Shown here in pieces: positions 6,452 to 14,131 of a stretch of DNA of 14,159 nt. The stretch is from Nitrosospira multiformis ATCC 25196 (GTDB taxonomy: Bacteria; Pseudomonadota; Gammaproteobacteria; Burkholderiales; Nitrosomonadaceae): assembly GCF_000196355.1 (NCBI RefSeq), contig NC_007617.1:1-14159 (forward strand), in the 5' to 3' direction. Numbering within the stretch: position 1 is the first letter of the stretch; each line of letters starts with the position of its first letter. The notes under the pieces are model-generated. The model did no database searches. It saw nothing but the letters and a program-made list of their open reading frames with translations, and was not told the origin of the DNA. The position numbers were made by a program, and so were the translations under genes.

Positions 6452-8053
6452 ATGGCAATCGCGCGCCTGAGCATGAAAGTGGGGAAAGCGGGCCGAGCGT
6501 GCCCGCATGCTGCCTACATCGTGCGCGCGGGGCAGCATGCCCGGCATCTTTCCCGGGGCGAGAGGCTCGAAGCGGTTGAAGCGGGCAACCTGCCGGCCTG
6601 GGCGCAACATGATCCGCTGCTTTTCTGGCAGATGGCGGATGCTTATGAGCGCAGCAACGGTACCACCTACCGGGAGATGGAGATTGCCCTGCCAAGGGAA
6701 CTCGATGCCGGGCAGCGGGCAGCGCTGGTGCGGGCATTCGTCGCCCAGGAGATCGGAGGCCGTCACGCGTACCAGTGGGCCATCCACACCCCTATCGCAG
6801 CGGATGGCCAAGCGCAGCCGCACGTCCACCTCATGTTCTCCGAGCGACAGGTGGATGGCATTGAGCGCGACCCGGAACAGTACTTCAAGCGCTACAACGC
6901 CAGGAATCCGGAGAAGGGCGGGGCGCGCAAGGGCTATGGGCCGCGTGCGGGCCAGACCCTGAGCCGGGCCGAGCGCGCAGCGGATCTGAAGGAATTGAGG
7001 GCCCGCTGGCAGGAGATGGCCAATACCCATCTTGAGCAGCTGGGGCACAGCGCGCGCATCGACATGCGCAGCCATGCAGAGCGCGGTACAGGTCTTCTTC
7101 CTGAGAAGAAGCAGCTGCCGAGCCAGTGGCGGGGGGAAGGGCGAGGGAACATCATCGAATTCCGCCAGGCGCGGGCGGCGCTCGTGCAAGCCCATGAGCA
7201 TATGCAGCAGGCGGTACCCGATGCGAAGGCCGAAGTCATCAGCCTGGAAGCTGAGCGGGAGCGACGGATACGGGATCGGGAGGAGCGGAGCCAGGCGGAG
7301 AGGCTGCGCATCGAGCGCATGACGAGCCGCGAGCTCAAAGCCGAGATCGAGCGGCTGCGGCCGCTATCAATCAAAGCCGCGGTTGATCGTCACCCGGAGG
7401 TGATGGCTGCGCGAAAGATCCATGCCTCCCTGTCGTATCAGATGCGGCAGGCGCAGGAAAAGATGCAGCGGGCCACGCTGCAAATGCACGACTGGCGCAG
7501 AGCCCATCCGCTACGGGCCAGGACGCACGACCTGGGACTGATCCCATCCAGTTACCTCATCGAGCGCGAGCAGACCAGGGAAGAAGCCCGGTTGCGGGCT
7601 GAGGATCTTAAGCCCGGGGTCGACGATGCGAGAAGGCGGGCCGAGGATATTGCCGCCGACATCGGACAGCGCATGGAGATCGAACAGAAGCCAGTGCGCG
7701 AGCAGGTGGCCAAGCTTGAGCGCATCTGGCAGCAGAAGGCTAACCAGGAGTTGGAGGTGCTGCGGCAAGCAAAGAAACTAGACTGGGCCATATCAGAGTT
7801 CAAGAGCCACGCCATCAGCCGTGCACTGAAAGTTCCCAGTTACAGCGACACCGGCACACAGTGGAAAGCGCTGCCGGAGAGCGCACGTGAAGCGATAGAC
7901 CGGTTCAATACCCTTCCAAAGGACGAACGGGCGCGGGAGCTGGAAAGGATGCGGGAGTATTTCAGGCAGCAGGGGCCGAAAGCTGTGGAGGGACTGGTGC
8001 AGGAAATGAGTCAGGGGAAAAGCAGGAATAGGGGTCAGGGATGGGAGCTTTGA
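6452..8053 (+). CDS. mobA: MobA/MobL family relaxase (MOBQ)
   Basis: 533 aa; N-terminal SMKVGKAGRACPHAAYIVR, central YQWAIHTP...QPHVHLMFSER histidine motif, long charged helical C-terminus; adjacent to oriT. Confidence 0.93.
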   Translation: MAIARLSMKVGKAGRACPHAAYIVRAGQHARHLSRGERLEAVEAGNLPAWAQHDPLLFWQMADAYERSNGTTYREMEIALPRELDAGQRAALVRAFVAQEIGGRHAYQWAIHTPIAADGQAQPHVHLMFSERQVDGIERDPEQYFKRYNARNPEKGGARKGYGPRAGQTLSRAERAADLKELRARWQEMANTHLEQLGHSARIDMRSHAERGTGLLPEKKQLPSQWRGEGRGNIIEFRQARAALVQAHEHMQQAVPDAKAEVISLEAERERRIRDREERSQAERLRIERMTSRELKAEIERLRPLSIKAAVDRHPEVMAARKIHASLSYQMRQAQEKMQRATLQMHDWRRAHPLRARTHDLGLIPSSYLIEREQTREEARLRAEDLKPGVDDARRRAEDIAADIGQRMEIEQKPVREQVAKLERIWQQKANQELEVLRQAKKLDWAISEFKSHAISRALKVPSYSDTGTQWKALPESAREAIDRFNTLPKDERARELERMREYFRQQGPKAVEGLVQEMSQGKSRNRGQGWEL

Positions 8054-8116
8054 GCATGATAAAATCATGGAAGTTGCTGAACGACTACAGCGCGTTAAAC
8101 TGGGGGAGATTCAGTA

Positions 8117-9049
8117 TCAGTTAAGAGAAATGCTGTAAGAACCAGCAACATGACTAATAAAATCGAGCTCTACATCTGTGCGGGTATAAATCCCACCATC
8201 TCCACATGGCTTACTAGCACCACGAAACGCCCTAGAGGTGAGGGCAGCAACTTTCCTTTGAGGGCCTAGGTCTATATAGGCGGGACCGCCACTATCCCCA
8301 TTACAACTATCGAAACCAAGGCCTCCAGCAAGGATTTCAACATCAGATTCAAATCCATACTTGATTTCGAGAGCGTCTAAATCATCATTAGGATCTTTTC
8401 TAATGCCAATTATGTCTACTTGCACATGCCTTTTTTCCCCAAATCCTCTCGTGCTATAGACATCTGAGTTTCCAAAACCTACTAGTGAAAGTTGTTGAGA
8501 GGATTTCAATTCATTGGTAGTAGCTAAAGGACAGGGGGGAGTTGTGGCAGGTTTTTTTAGGATTATTACTGATATATCATGAAGCCCTGTTTGAAGATAC
8601 TTTGGATGGGCAACACTAATTTTTGCAGGGATTACTTCTGCATCTTTTAAATGGTTCATGCTTTCGCATGACAAAGCAACAACTGAAGCCGTAACTCTTG
8701 GTGGTTGATGACAATGGGCAGCTGTAAGAACGATTTGGGGATGTACGAGTACCCCGGTACAGTTCCATTGAACTATTCCGTTTGGCAGTGACTCTCCTAT
8801 AAGACAACAATCTTTATATTCTCCTTTGCTTACAGGTGTACCACCGATAATACGTGCAGTTGCCAGAGCCAGCTGAATAGCATGATTATTTCTAAGGGCT
8901 CGATCTAAGGGGGCTTCGTTCATATAGGAAGTCAAAAGGCTTCCTAGAGCATTAAATTTATCAGCCAATCTTCTGTGAGCTTCCATTGGATCAAAAGACT
9001 CCTCTTTTCCAGTACAACCTGCACTGGTGCAGCCAAAACGCTGGTTCAT
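8117..9049 (-). CDS. Trypsin-like (S1) serine protease, probable cytosolic zymogen
   Basis: 310 aa from ATG 9049 (GGAG 6 nt upstream; the track's 314-aa version begins at TTG 9061). TAAHC, LHDISVIIL, DSCNGDSGGP and ATAR|IIGG motifs; no signal peptide evident. Confidence 0.9.
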   Translation of the reverse strand: MNQRFGCTSAGCTGKEESFDPMEAHRRLADKFNALGSLLTSYMNEAPLDRALRNNHAIQLALATARIIGGTPVSKGEYKDCCLIGESLPNGIVQWNCTGVLVHPQIVLTAAHCHQPPRVTASVVALSCESMNHLKDAEVIPAKISVAHPKYLQTGLHDISVIILKKPATTPPCPLATTNELKSSQQLSLVGFGNSDVYSTRGFGEKRHVQVDIIGIRKDPNDDLDALEIKYGFESDVEILAGGLGFDSCNGDSGGPAYIDLGPQRKVAALTSRAFRGASKPCGDGGIYTRTDVELDFISHVAGSYSISLN

Positions 9050-9064
9050 CTTATTCTCCAATTG

Positions 9065-9358
9065 TTATTGTCTTCCAGGGGATGGTGCTAATAAGCCCAC
9101 TAGACCGCCGACAGCTGCTGTTGATAGGGGAAGCAGAAGCTTTATGAATTCTTCTGAAGCAAACATTGCGAGAGGAAAAATGAGGATTATGGCAGCGCTC
9201 AATGCGCTTACGACTATCCTATATATCCATTTATCGGTTTCTAGAGGGGATTTAAGCTCCTCAATCTTCTCAAGAATTGGCTTTTTTTCTTGAGCGTCAA
9301 TAGGAGATTCCTCTACGAGTGCTCGGATTCTATCAAGTTGTTGAATATCCCTGTTCAT
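9065..9358 (-). CDS. Small membrane protein with two predicted TM segments, operonic with the protease
   Basis: 97 aa; soluble charged N-terminus then WIYRIVVSALSAAIILIFPLAMFA and FIKLLLPLSTAAVGGLVGLLAP; ends 15 nt before the protease ATG; CGGGAG upstream of its own ATG. Confidence 0.8.
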   Translation of the reverse strand: MNRDIQQLDRIRALVEESPIDAQEKKPILEKIEELKSPLETDKWIYRIVVSALSAAIILIFPLAMFASEEFIKLLLPLSTAAVGGLVGLLAPSPGRQ

Positions 9359-9504
9359 TTGGCATTAACTCCCGTTAATTCAATGGTTTTATTTTTATTT
9401 ATAGATGAAAGAATAGGCAAAGTAAGAAAAATGCATGTCCGACAGCAAAATTTTCCATTTTAGAGCGGCACTGATTCTGATTCGGGTCGCTACTATGGGA
9501 CACA

Positions 9505-10194
9505 TCACTTTAATTCCTTCGAAACACAAACCATATACTTGTCTATCCGCACAAGTTTGTCTTCAATATCTTTCGTTGACTCAAAGCAATTTCTTAAAAG
9601 AGTCTGCTTAGTTAGAAGCTTAGCTCTCATAATGCGGCCATGCAATTTATGCTCCTGCAGCTTTAATAGAAAGTTGTTTTGGAGATCGTCATTTTTGAGC
9701 ATAGATGCACATATACTCCCCAAAGAAGGGGGTTGTAAGCTTACCAAGTACTCAAGCTGTTTCTTGGCCGATGCAAGCTCGGTTTGATTACTGGTTTGAT
9801 TACTGCGCTGGTTCCTATTCCTTTCTACTTCAGCTATCTGGTCGAGTACCTTAGCGCGGGTTTTGCTTATTAGCTTAGCGAGCTCCTCATCTGGAGCTCC
9901 ACCCGTTCTGTTCCGATCTAGCGCTACAACGCAGGCATCAATAAGGGTTCCCGAGGCGTCATCGTCAAGAAAATTAGCATGAATTTGAGCTACCACTTCC
10001 GGGGAGAGGGTGGAATCTCCATTCTGAATTAAGCCAAGTGAGTCACCTGCAACCGGCCCAGACTGAGCTGTCGTAACTGAAGATTGGAACTCAAGCAATA
10101 CTAGATTAGTTACAACTTCATCGAGCTTTTTGCCAGCAGTTGAAATAGCTTTCTTTTTTTTCTCCTTTGATGTGCTCCCCATAAAACGTGCCAT
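9505..10194 (-). CDS. Hypothetical protein, possibly 5'-truncated by the IS
   Basis: 229 aa; long same-strand ORF with Lys-rich N-terminus (GSTSKEKKKKAISTAGKK); frame remains open into the IS end at 10201. Confidence 0.65.
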   Translation of the reverse strand: MARFMGSTSKEKKKKAISTAGKKLDEVVTNLVLLEFQSSVTTAQSGPVAGDSLGLIQNGDSTLSPEVVAQIHANFLDDDASGTLIDACVVALDRNRTGGAPDEELAKLISKTRAKVLDQIAEVERNRNQRSNQTSNQTELASAKKQLEYLVSLQPPSLGSICASMLKNDDLQNNFLLKLQEHKLHGRIMRAKLLTKQTLLRNCFESTKDIEDKLVRIDKYMVCVSKELK

Positions 10195-10235
10195 CTGGAA
10201 TCTAGTAAAGTTCGTTTTTCGAGAGGAGAACGGAC

Positions 10236-10499
10236 GTGAAGAAGCGATTTACGGATGAACAAATTATTGGATTTCTGAAGCAGGCAGATGGAGGCATTCC
10301 GGTCAGGGAATTGTGCCGCCAGCATGGTTTTTCCGATGCGTCGTTTTACACCTGGCGTGCCAGGTTTGGTGGGATGACAGTATCGGATGCCAGGCGGTTG
10401 CGAGATCTTGAAGCAGAGAATGCTCAGCTCAAGAAGCTTTTAGCCGAGTCGCTTCTTGATGCTCAAGCCTTGAAGGTTGCTTTGGGCCGAAAGCATTAA
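10236..10499 (+). CDS. IS3-family transposase OrfA (GTG start)
   Basis: MKKRFTDEQIIGFLKQADGGIPVRELCRQHGFSDASFYTWRARFGGMTVSDARRLRDLEAENAQLKKLLAE. Confidence 0.95.
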   Translation: MKKRFTDEQIIGFLKQADGGIPVRELCRQHGFSDASFYTWRARFGGMTVSDARRLRDLEAENAQLKKLLAESLLDAQALKVALGRKH

Positions 10500-10525
10500 C
10501 TCCACAGGCCAGGCGTGAGGCAGTA

Positions 10526-11356
10526 ATGGCGATGCTTGAGCAGACGAACGTTTCCGAACGCCGTGCCTGCCTGCTTGTGGATATATCACGTACGGTATTG
10601 CACTACATGTCCAAGGTGCGGCTGGAGAATGAGCAACTGCAAGGTCGAATGGTTGAGTTGGCCTCTGAACGCCGTCGTTTTGGTTATCGACGCATTCATG
10701 CCCTGCTGCGGCGTGAGGGTGTTGAAGCCAATCACAAACGCATCTTTCGCCTTTACCAGGCTGCCGGGTTGGCAGTAAAGCGCCGACGCAGGCGAGGGGG
10801 CGTAGCAGTTGAACGTGAGCAATTGGCATTGCCAAGCCAGCCCAACGAGGTATGGTCAATGGATTTCATCTGTGATGCACTGGCGAATGGCAGACGCATC
10901 AAGGTATTGACCATCGTTGATGACTTCACCAAGGAATCCATTGATCTGGTAGCTGAACATGGCATTTCGGGACAACATGTCGTGCGCGTATTGGAGCAAG
11001 CTTCACAGTTTCGTGGGTTGCCCTTGGCCATTCGCACCGATCAGGGACCGGAGTTCACCAGCAAGGCACTGGATCAGTGGGCTTATAAGCATGGTGTCCA
11101 GCTCAAATTGATTGAGGCGGGCAAGCCGACGCAAAATGCATATATTGAGAGCTTCAACGGTCGGTTTCGGGATGAGTGCCTGAACGATCACTGGTTTACC
11201 AGCCTGGCTGAGGCACGGATTCGGATATCAGCCTGGCGGCGCGACTACAACGAGCATCGACCGCACAGTGCACTAAATTACCTAACCCCGGCAGAATTTG
11301 CAGCCAACTGCCGCAGGCAAGAAGAAATAAACGGCTGTGAAAGAAATGGAAGCTAA
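10526..11356 (+). CDS. IS3-family transposase OrfB, DDE catalytic domain
   Basis: VWSMDFICDAL, IRTDQGPEFTS, AYIESFNGRFRDECL, DYNEHRPHSALNYLTPAEF; open upstream in the -1 frame relative to OrfA (FGPKALTPQARREAV). Confidence 0.95.
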   Translation: MAMLEQTNVSERRACLLVDISRTVLHYMSKVRLENEQLQGRMVELASERRRFGYRRIHALLRREGVEANHKRIFRLYQAAGLAVKRRRRRGGVAVEREQLALPSQPNEVWSMDFICDALANGRRIKVLTIVDDFTKESIDLVAEHGISGQHVVRVLEQASQFRGLPLAIRTDQGPEFTSKALDQWAYKHGVQLKLIEAGKPTQNAYIESFNGRFRDECLNDHWFTSLAEARIRISAWRRDYNEHRPHSALNYLTPAEFAANCRRQEEINGCERNGS

Positions 11357-11393
11357 TTTATAACTGAACTTTGCTAGAACGCCCCTGGCACTA

Positions 11394-12149
11394 CTACCGG
11401 GGGCACATCACCTTAGCTTGATCATCGGTTTCTGGTAGCTCGACCGCCTCTTGCAGTTGCTGTGATGCGTCCTTAACTGCAACACGTGCTTCATCTAGTT
11501 TCTTTGGATCCGTGCCTTTTGTGGAGGCGCTGCTACCTAGAGCAGCAAGTTTTTGCCCAAATGCTCCAGCAGCAATTTCAGAGGCCAACATGCTAGCCAT
11601 TGTCTTGTCGAAACGCGCTAGCATGAGCGTATAGCTCGTGTCACTAATGGCACCGTTTTGGAAGGCTTCGCAAGCGCGATACATTTTGTCCCGCAGCAAT
11701 TGCACCGTCGATAGTCGCGCTCCCAATTGGGCGATGCTTGATGCGTAGGACGATCCAACTGATCCCGATCCGCTAATGTTCTTTATTTCCGAGGCCTTTA
11801 TGTCAACCTTTGCAGCAGCAGTGAAGGCAGCTGATATTGCTTGAGCAACGTCAGGACTAGGTTCGGCACAAATGATACGGGTAGGGTGATTTTTAATTAC
11901 ATGATCGGTGTTGGCTGAAGAGGTATCACTTGAACCATCACTTTTACCGCTAGATCTCCTAATGCCGACATCTGCTTTTGTGTTAATGATGGCACGTTGT
12001 TTAGCATCTGTGATTAGAGATGGATTACCGCCCGGCGTATTGTTAGAATCGAGGGCTTCCGTATAGTTAATGCGTCGTTCTTGTCGATCCAAAAATGCGC
12101 ATCCTGTAGACAAAAGCGGAACTAAGCAGATAATTAGACCTATTTTCAT
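11394..12149 (-). CDS. Putative lipoprotein
   Basis: 251 aa; signal and lipobox MKIGLIICLVPLLSTGC; motifs ICAEPSPDVAQAISAAF and YRACEAFQNGAISDTSYTLMLARFDKTM. Confidence 0.8.
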   Translation of the reverse strand: MKIGLIICLVPLLSTGCAFLDRQERRINYTEALDSNNTPGGNPSLITDAKQRAIINTKADVGIRRSSGKSDGSSDTSSANTDHVIKNHPTRIICAEPSPDVAQAISAAFTAAAKVDIKASEIKNISGSGSVGSSYASSIAQLGARLSTVQLLRDKMYRACEAFQNGAISDTSYTLMLARFDKTMASMLASEIAAGAFGQKLAALGSSASTKGTDPKKLDEARVAVKDASQQLQEAVELPETDDQAKVMCPR

Positions 12150-12559
12150 TATTAGAACCTCAATTATAGAGAGAGGGATTAATCAGTCTTCTTGGAATTA
12201 GCAACAGTGCAGATTGTGAATTCCGATCCATCATCGACCCGCATCACTTTTTTCGTAAAAATTCTTTCTTGCGACCCCCATTAAAATTAAATTAGCAATA
12301 TCCTTCTGAAGGATTCAATTCTTATATTTCCTTTTAAATTCATACCCTGATAGTCTTATTTATAGGTTTTTTGGCTTTATTTTGCTTGTTATTTATCGTT
12401 TCGTTTATAGTAACGGGCATTGCAAAAAGTCTTCCCTTCACTACACAAATCTAGAGCATGTGCAAAGCAGGGATATAAGACTACCGTTTGTAAAGACCGC
12501 GCCCTACCTCCTGCTGGTGCTGGTTGTGTCAGCCCCGCTTTCGAACTCTGCTACTCAAA

Positions 12560-12600
12560 TTGACGAAAGTGTCTATAGTGGTATACGCTAATAAGCGGAG
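12560..12600 (+). promoter_or_regulatory. Promoter/operator of the XRE-ImmA operon
   Basis: TTGACG (12560-12565), 17 bp, then ATACGCTAATAAGCG (12583-12597), which recurs exactly at 13717-13731. Confidence 0.55.
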
Positions 12601-12614
12601 GAGCGGAAATTATT

Positions 12615-12950
12615 ATGACTACGATACGACAAGACCATGTTACTTTTGGTAGCTACATTGCGGAAGCGCGCAAGAAGCTATCGATGAGCCAGAAGGAGCT
12701 GGCGGCCCGTATCCTACGGGAAGAAGATGGACAGCCCATCTCTCCCCAATATCTCAATGATATCGAACGCGACCGCCGGAGCCCCACATCCGATCATTTA
12801 ATCCAGCAGTTCGCAAAGGTTCTCCAGATAGATGCGGATTACCTGCACTACCTCTCTGGTAAATTACCCGAGGAAATCAGGCAGCGGAATCTTTCCCAAG
12901 ATGATGTGAAAGCCGCTTTCATGGCCTTCCGTAAACCCAATAAAAAATAA
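12615..12950 (+). CDS. XRE-family HTH transcriptional regulator
   Basis: 111 aa; FGSYIAEARKKLSMSQKELAARI...ISPQYLNDIERDRRSPTSDHLIQQFAKVLQIDADYLHYLSG. Confidence 0.92.
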   Translation: MTTIRQDHVTFGSYIAEARKKLSMSQKELAARILREEDGQPISPQYLNDIERDRRSPTSDHLIQQFAKVLQIDADYLHYLSGKLPEEIRQRNLSQDDVKAAFMAFRKPNKK

Positions 12951-12957
12951 TAATTTC

Positions 12958-13674
12958 ATGGTTGCTTACATACGCGACCTGACTGGTCGTTTTCAGCAGC
13001 GTCCCCACTATAAACCCGAGGAACTGGATCGCGAATGCGAATCCATCATCACGGGCTTTCTCAAAAGTCTCTACGGTAATGTTCGCTATCCGGTCGAAAC
13101 AGAAGATCTGAAAAAATTGATCGAGCGGGATGCGGATGATCTTGATGTATACGCCGACCTTTCAATTTACGGTGCGGAAGTGGAGGGAGTTACAGAGTTC
13201 TATCCTGGCCGTAAACCAATAGTCCGGATCGCGGCAGAGCTGACTGAGGATGAGCGCCGGGAGAACCGATTGCGAACAACCTTGACCCATGAATATGGCC
13301 ATGTCCACTTTCATGCTTACCTCTGGGAAATGGAGCCTCTGCAGGCGGACTTGCTTCGGCGGCAACCTAATCGCGATAAGATCATCTGCAAGCGCGACAC
13401 GATGATCGACGCGACCCATACGGACTGGATGGAGTGGCAGGCCGGTTATGTTTGCGGAGCGATTCTGATGCCTAAAACGGCCGTAGTAGGGCTATGCCGT
13501 TCGTTTGTCGAACAGCGTGGTTTATATAGTGCGGTTTCAACCCGAACGTATCACGGTCAGGACCTGATTGCTAGCGTTATCAGTTCTTTCCAGGTATCGG
13601 AAGACGCAGCCCGCGTACGCCTTATAAAGCTCGGTCTATTGACTGAGTCTGTTTCTACGCCATCCCTGTTTTAA
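12958..13674 (+). CDS. ImmA/IrrE family metallopeptidase
   Basis: 238 aa; HEYGH (HExxH) in RLRTTLTHEYGHVHFHAYLW, later WMEWQAGYVCGAILMP; 7 bp after the XRE gene. Confidence 0.9.
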   Translation: MVAYIRDLTGRFQQRPHYKPEELDRECESIITGFLKSLYGNVRYPVETEDLKKLIERDADDLDVYADLSIYGAEVEGVTEFYPGRKPIVRIAAELTEDERRENRLRTTLTHEYGHVHFHAYLWEMEPLQADLLRRQPNRDKIICKRDTMIDATHTDWMEWQAGYVCGAILMPKTAVVGLCRSFVEQRGLYSAVSTRTYHGQDLIASVISSFQVSEDAARVRLIKLGLLTESVSTPSLF

Positions 13675-13693
13675 TTAATTGCTCGCAAATCTA

Positions 13694-13747
13694 TTGCAGA
13701 GCTTACACGTACTGTGATACGCTAATAAGCGTATCGGCGGATTAGCG
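13694..13747 (+). promoter_or_regulatory. Promoter/operator of the DUF3892-like gene
   Basis: TTGCAG (13694-13699), 17 bp, then a perfect dyad GATACGC-TAATAA-GCGTATC (13716-13735), followed by inverted half-site ATTAGCG (13741-13747). Confidence 0.6.
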
Positions 13748-13798
13748 GTTTTGCGATGGTCGCACCTCTACCCCGGTCATTCATATAGGAGATATAAA

Positions 13799-14086
13799 AT
13801 GGCAACTAAGCATGAAGTGAAGTGCATTAATAAAACTGACCGTCCTAATCCTCACGAACGTATTCGAGCGATTGGGGGAGTGAATGCAGATGGGACAAAT
13901 TGGAAATTAAGCCAGCAAGATGCAATTCGGGGGATTGAGGATGGAAAATGGAGCTTTTACGTATCAGTACGTGGCCAGATCGTGAATGTAATTATTGGCA
14001 TTAGCCGATATGGTAATAAGTATCTAAAAACAGAAGCTGATGGAGAGCAGCCGAACAATCTTCTTTCCCTGTATGAGTGTGCTTAA
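13799..14086 (+). CDS. DUF3892-like small protein
   Basis: 95 aa from ATG 13799 with SD (taggagatataaaATG); ends KYLKTEADGEQPNNLLSLYECA, typical of this family. The track start at 13751 lacks such a signal. Confidence 0.8.
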   Translation: MATKHEVKCINKTDRPNPHERIRAIGGVNADGTNWKLSQQDAIRGIEDGKWSFYVSVRGQIVNVIIGISRYGNKYLKTEADGEQPNNLLSLYECA

Positions 14087-14102
14087 CCCAACTCAATAAC
14101 GT

Positions 14103-14131
14103 GCTACCGCTGCTGATCGGGTAGCGGTAGC
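14103..14131. terminator. Hairpin downstream of the DUF3892-like gene
   Basis: Perfect inverted repeat GCTACCGCT (14103-14111) / AGCGGTAGC (14123-14131), 11-nt loop, no U-tract. Confidence 0.45.

Larger units (their letters stand above)
10201..11378 (+). mobile_element. IS3-family insertion sequence (IS407-like by orfA/orfB similarity)
   Basis: orfA/orfB pair flanked by terminal inverted sequences TCTAGTAAAGTTC (10201-10213) and GAACTTTGCTAGA (11366-11378), 12/13 matching; outer limits may extend a few bp. Confidence 0.85.

Noticed and set aside
6191-7201. 336-aa minus-strand ORF (and the overlapping 130-aa ORF at 6345-6737)
   Set aside because: Antisense to mobA and across oriT and the TraD-like start; no recognised domains. 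Typical shadow ORFs in GC-rich coding DNA.
10197-11382. Target-site duplication flanking the IS
   Set aside because: I compared 4-bp candidates at several offsets from the terminal repeats and found no matching pair; the exact ends remain uncertain.
12184-12300. Minus-strand peptide fragment ...FTKKVMRVDDGSEFTICTVANSKKTD upstream of the lipoprotein
   Set aside because: The DGSEF string superficially resembles a transposase motif, but the open frame is very short and lacks other catalytic context.
12382-12591. 69-aa ORF with a hydrophobic stretch
   Set aside because: No good SD, and its end overlaps the predicted XRE promoter/operator. Possible small membrane peptide but unsupported.
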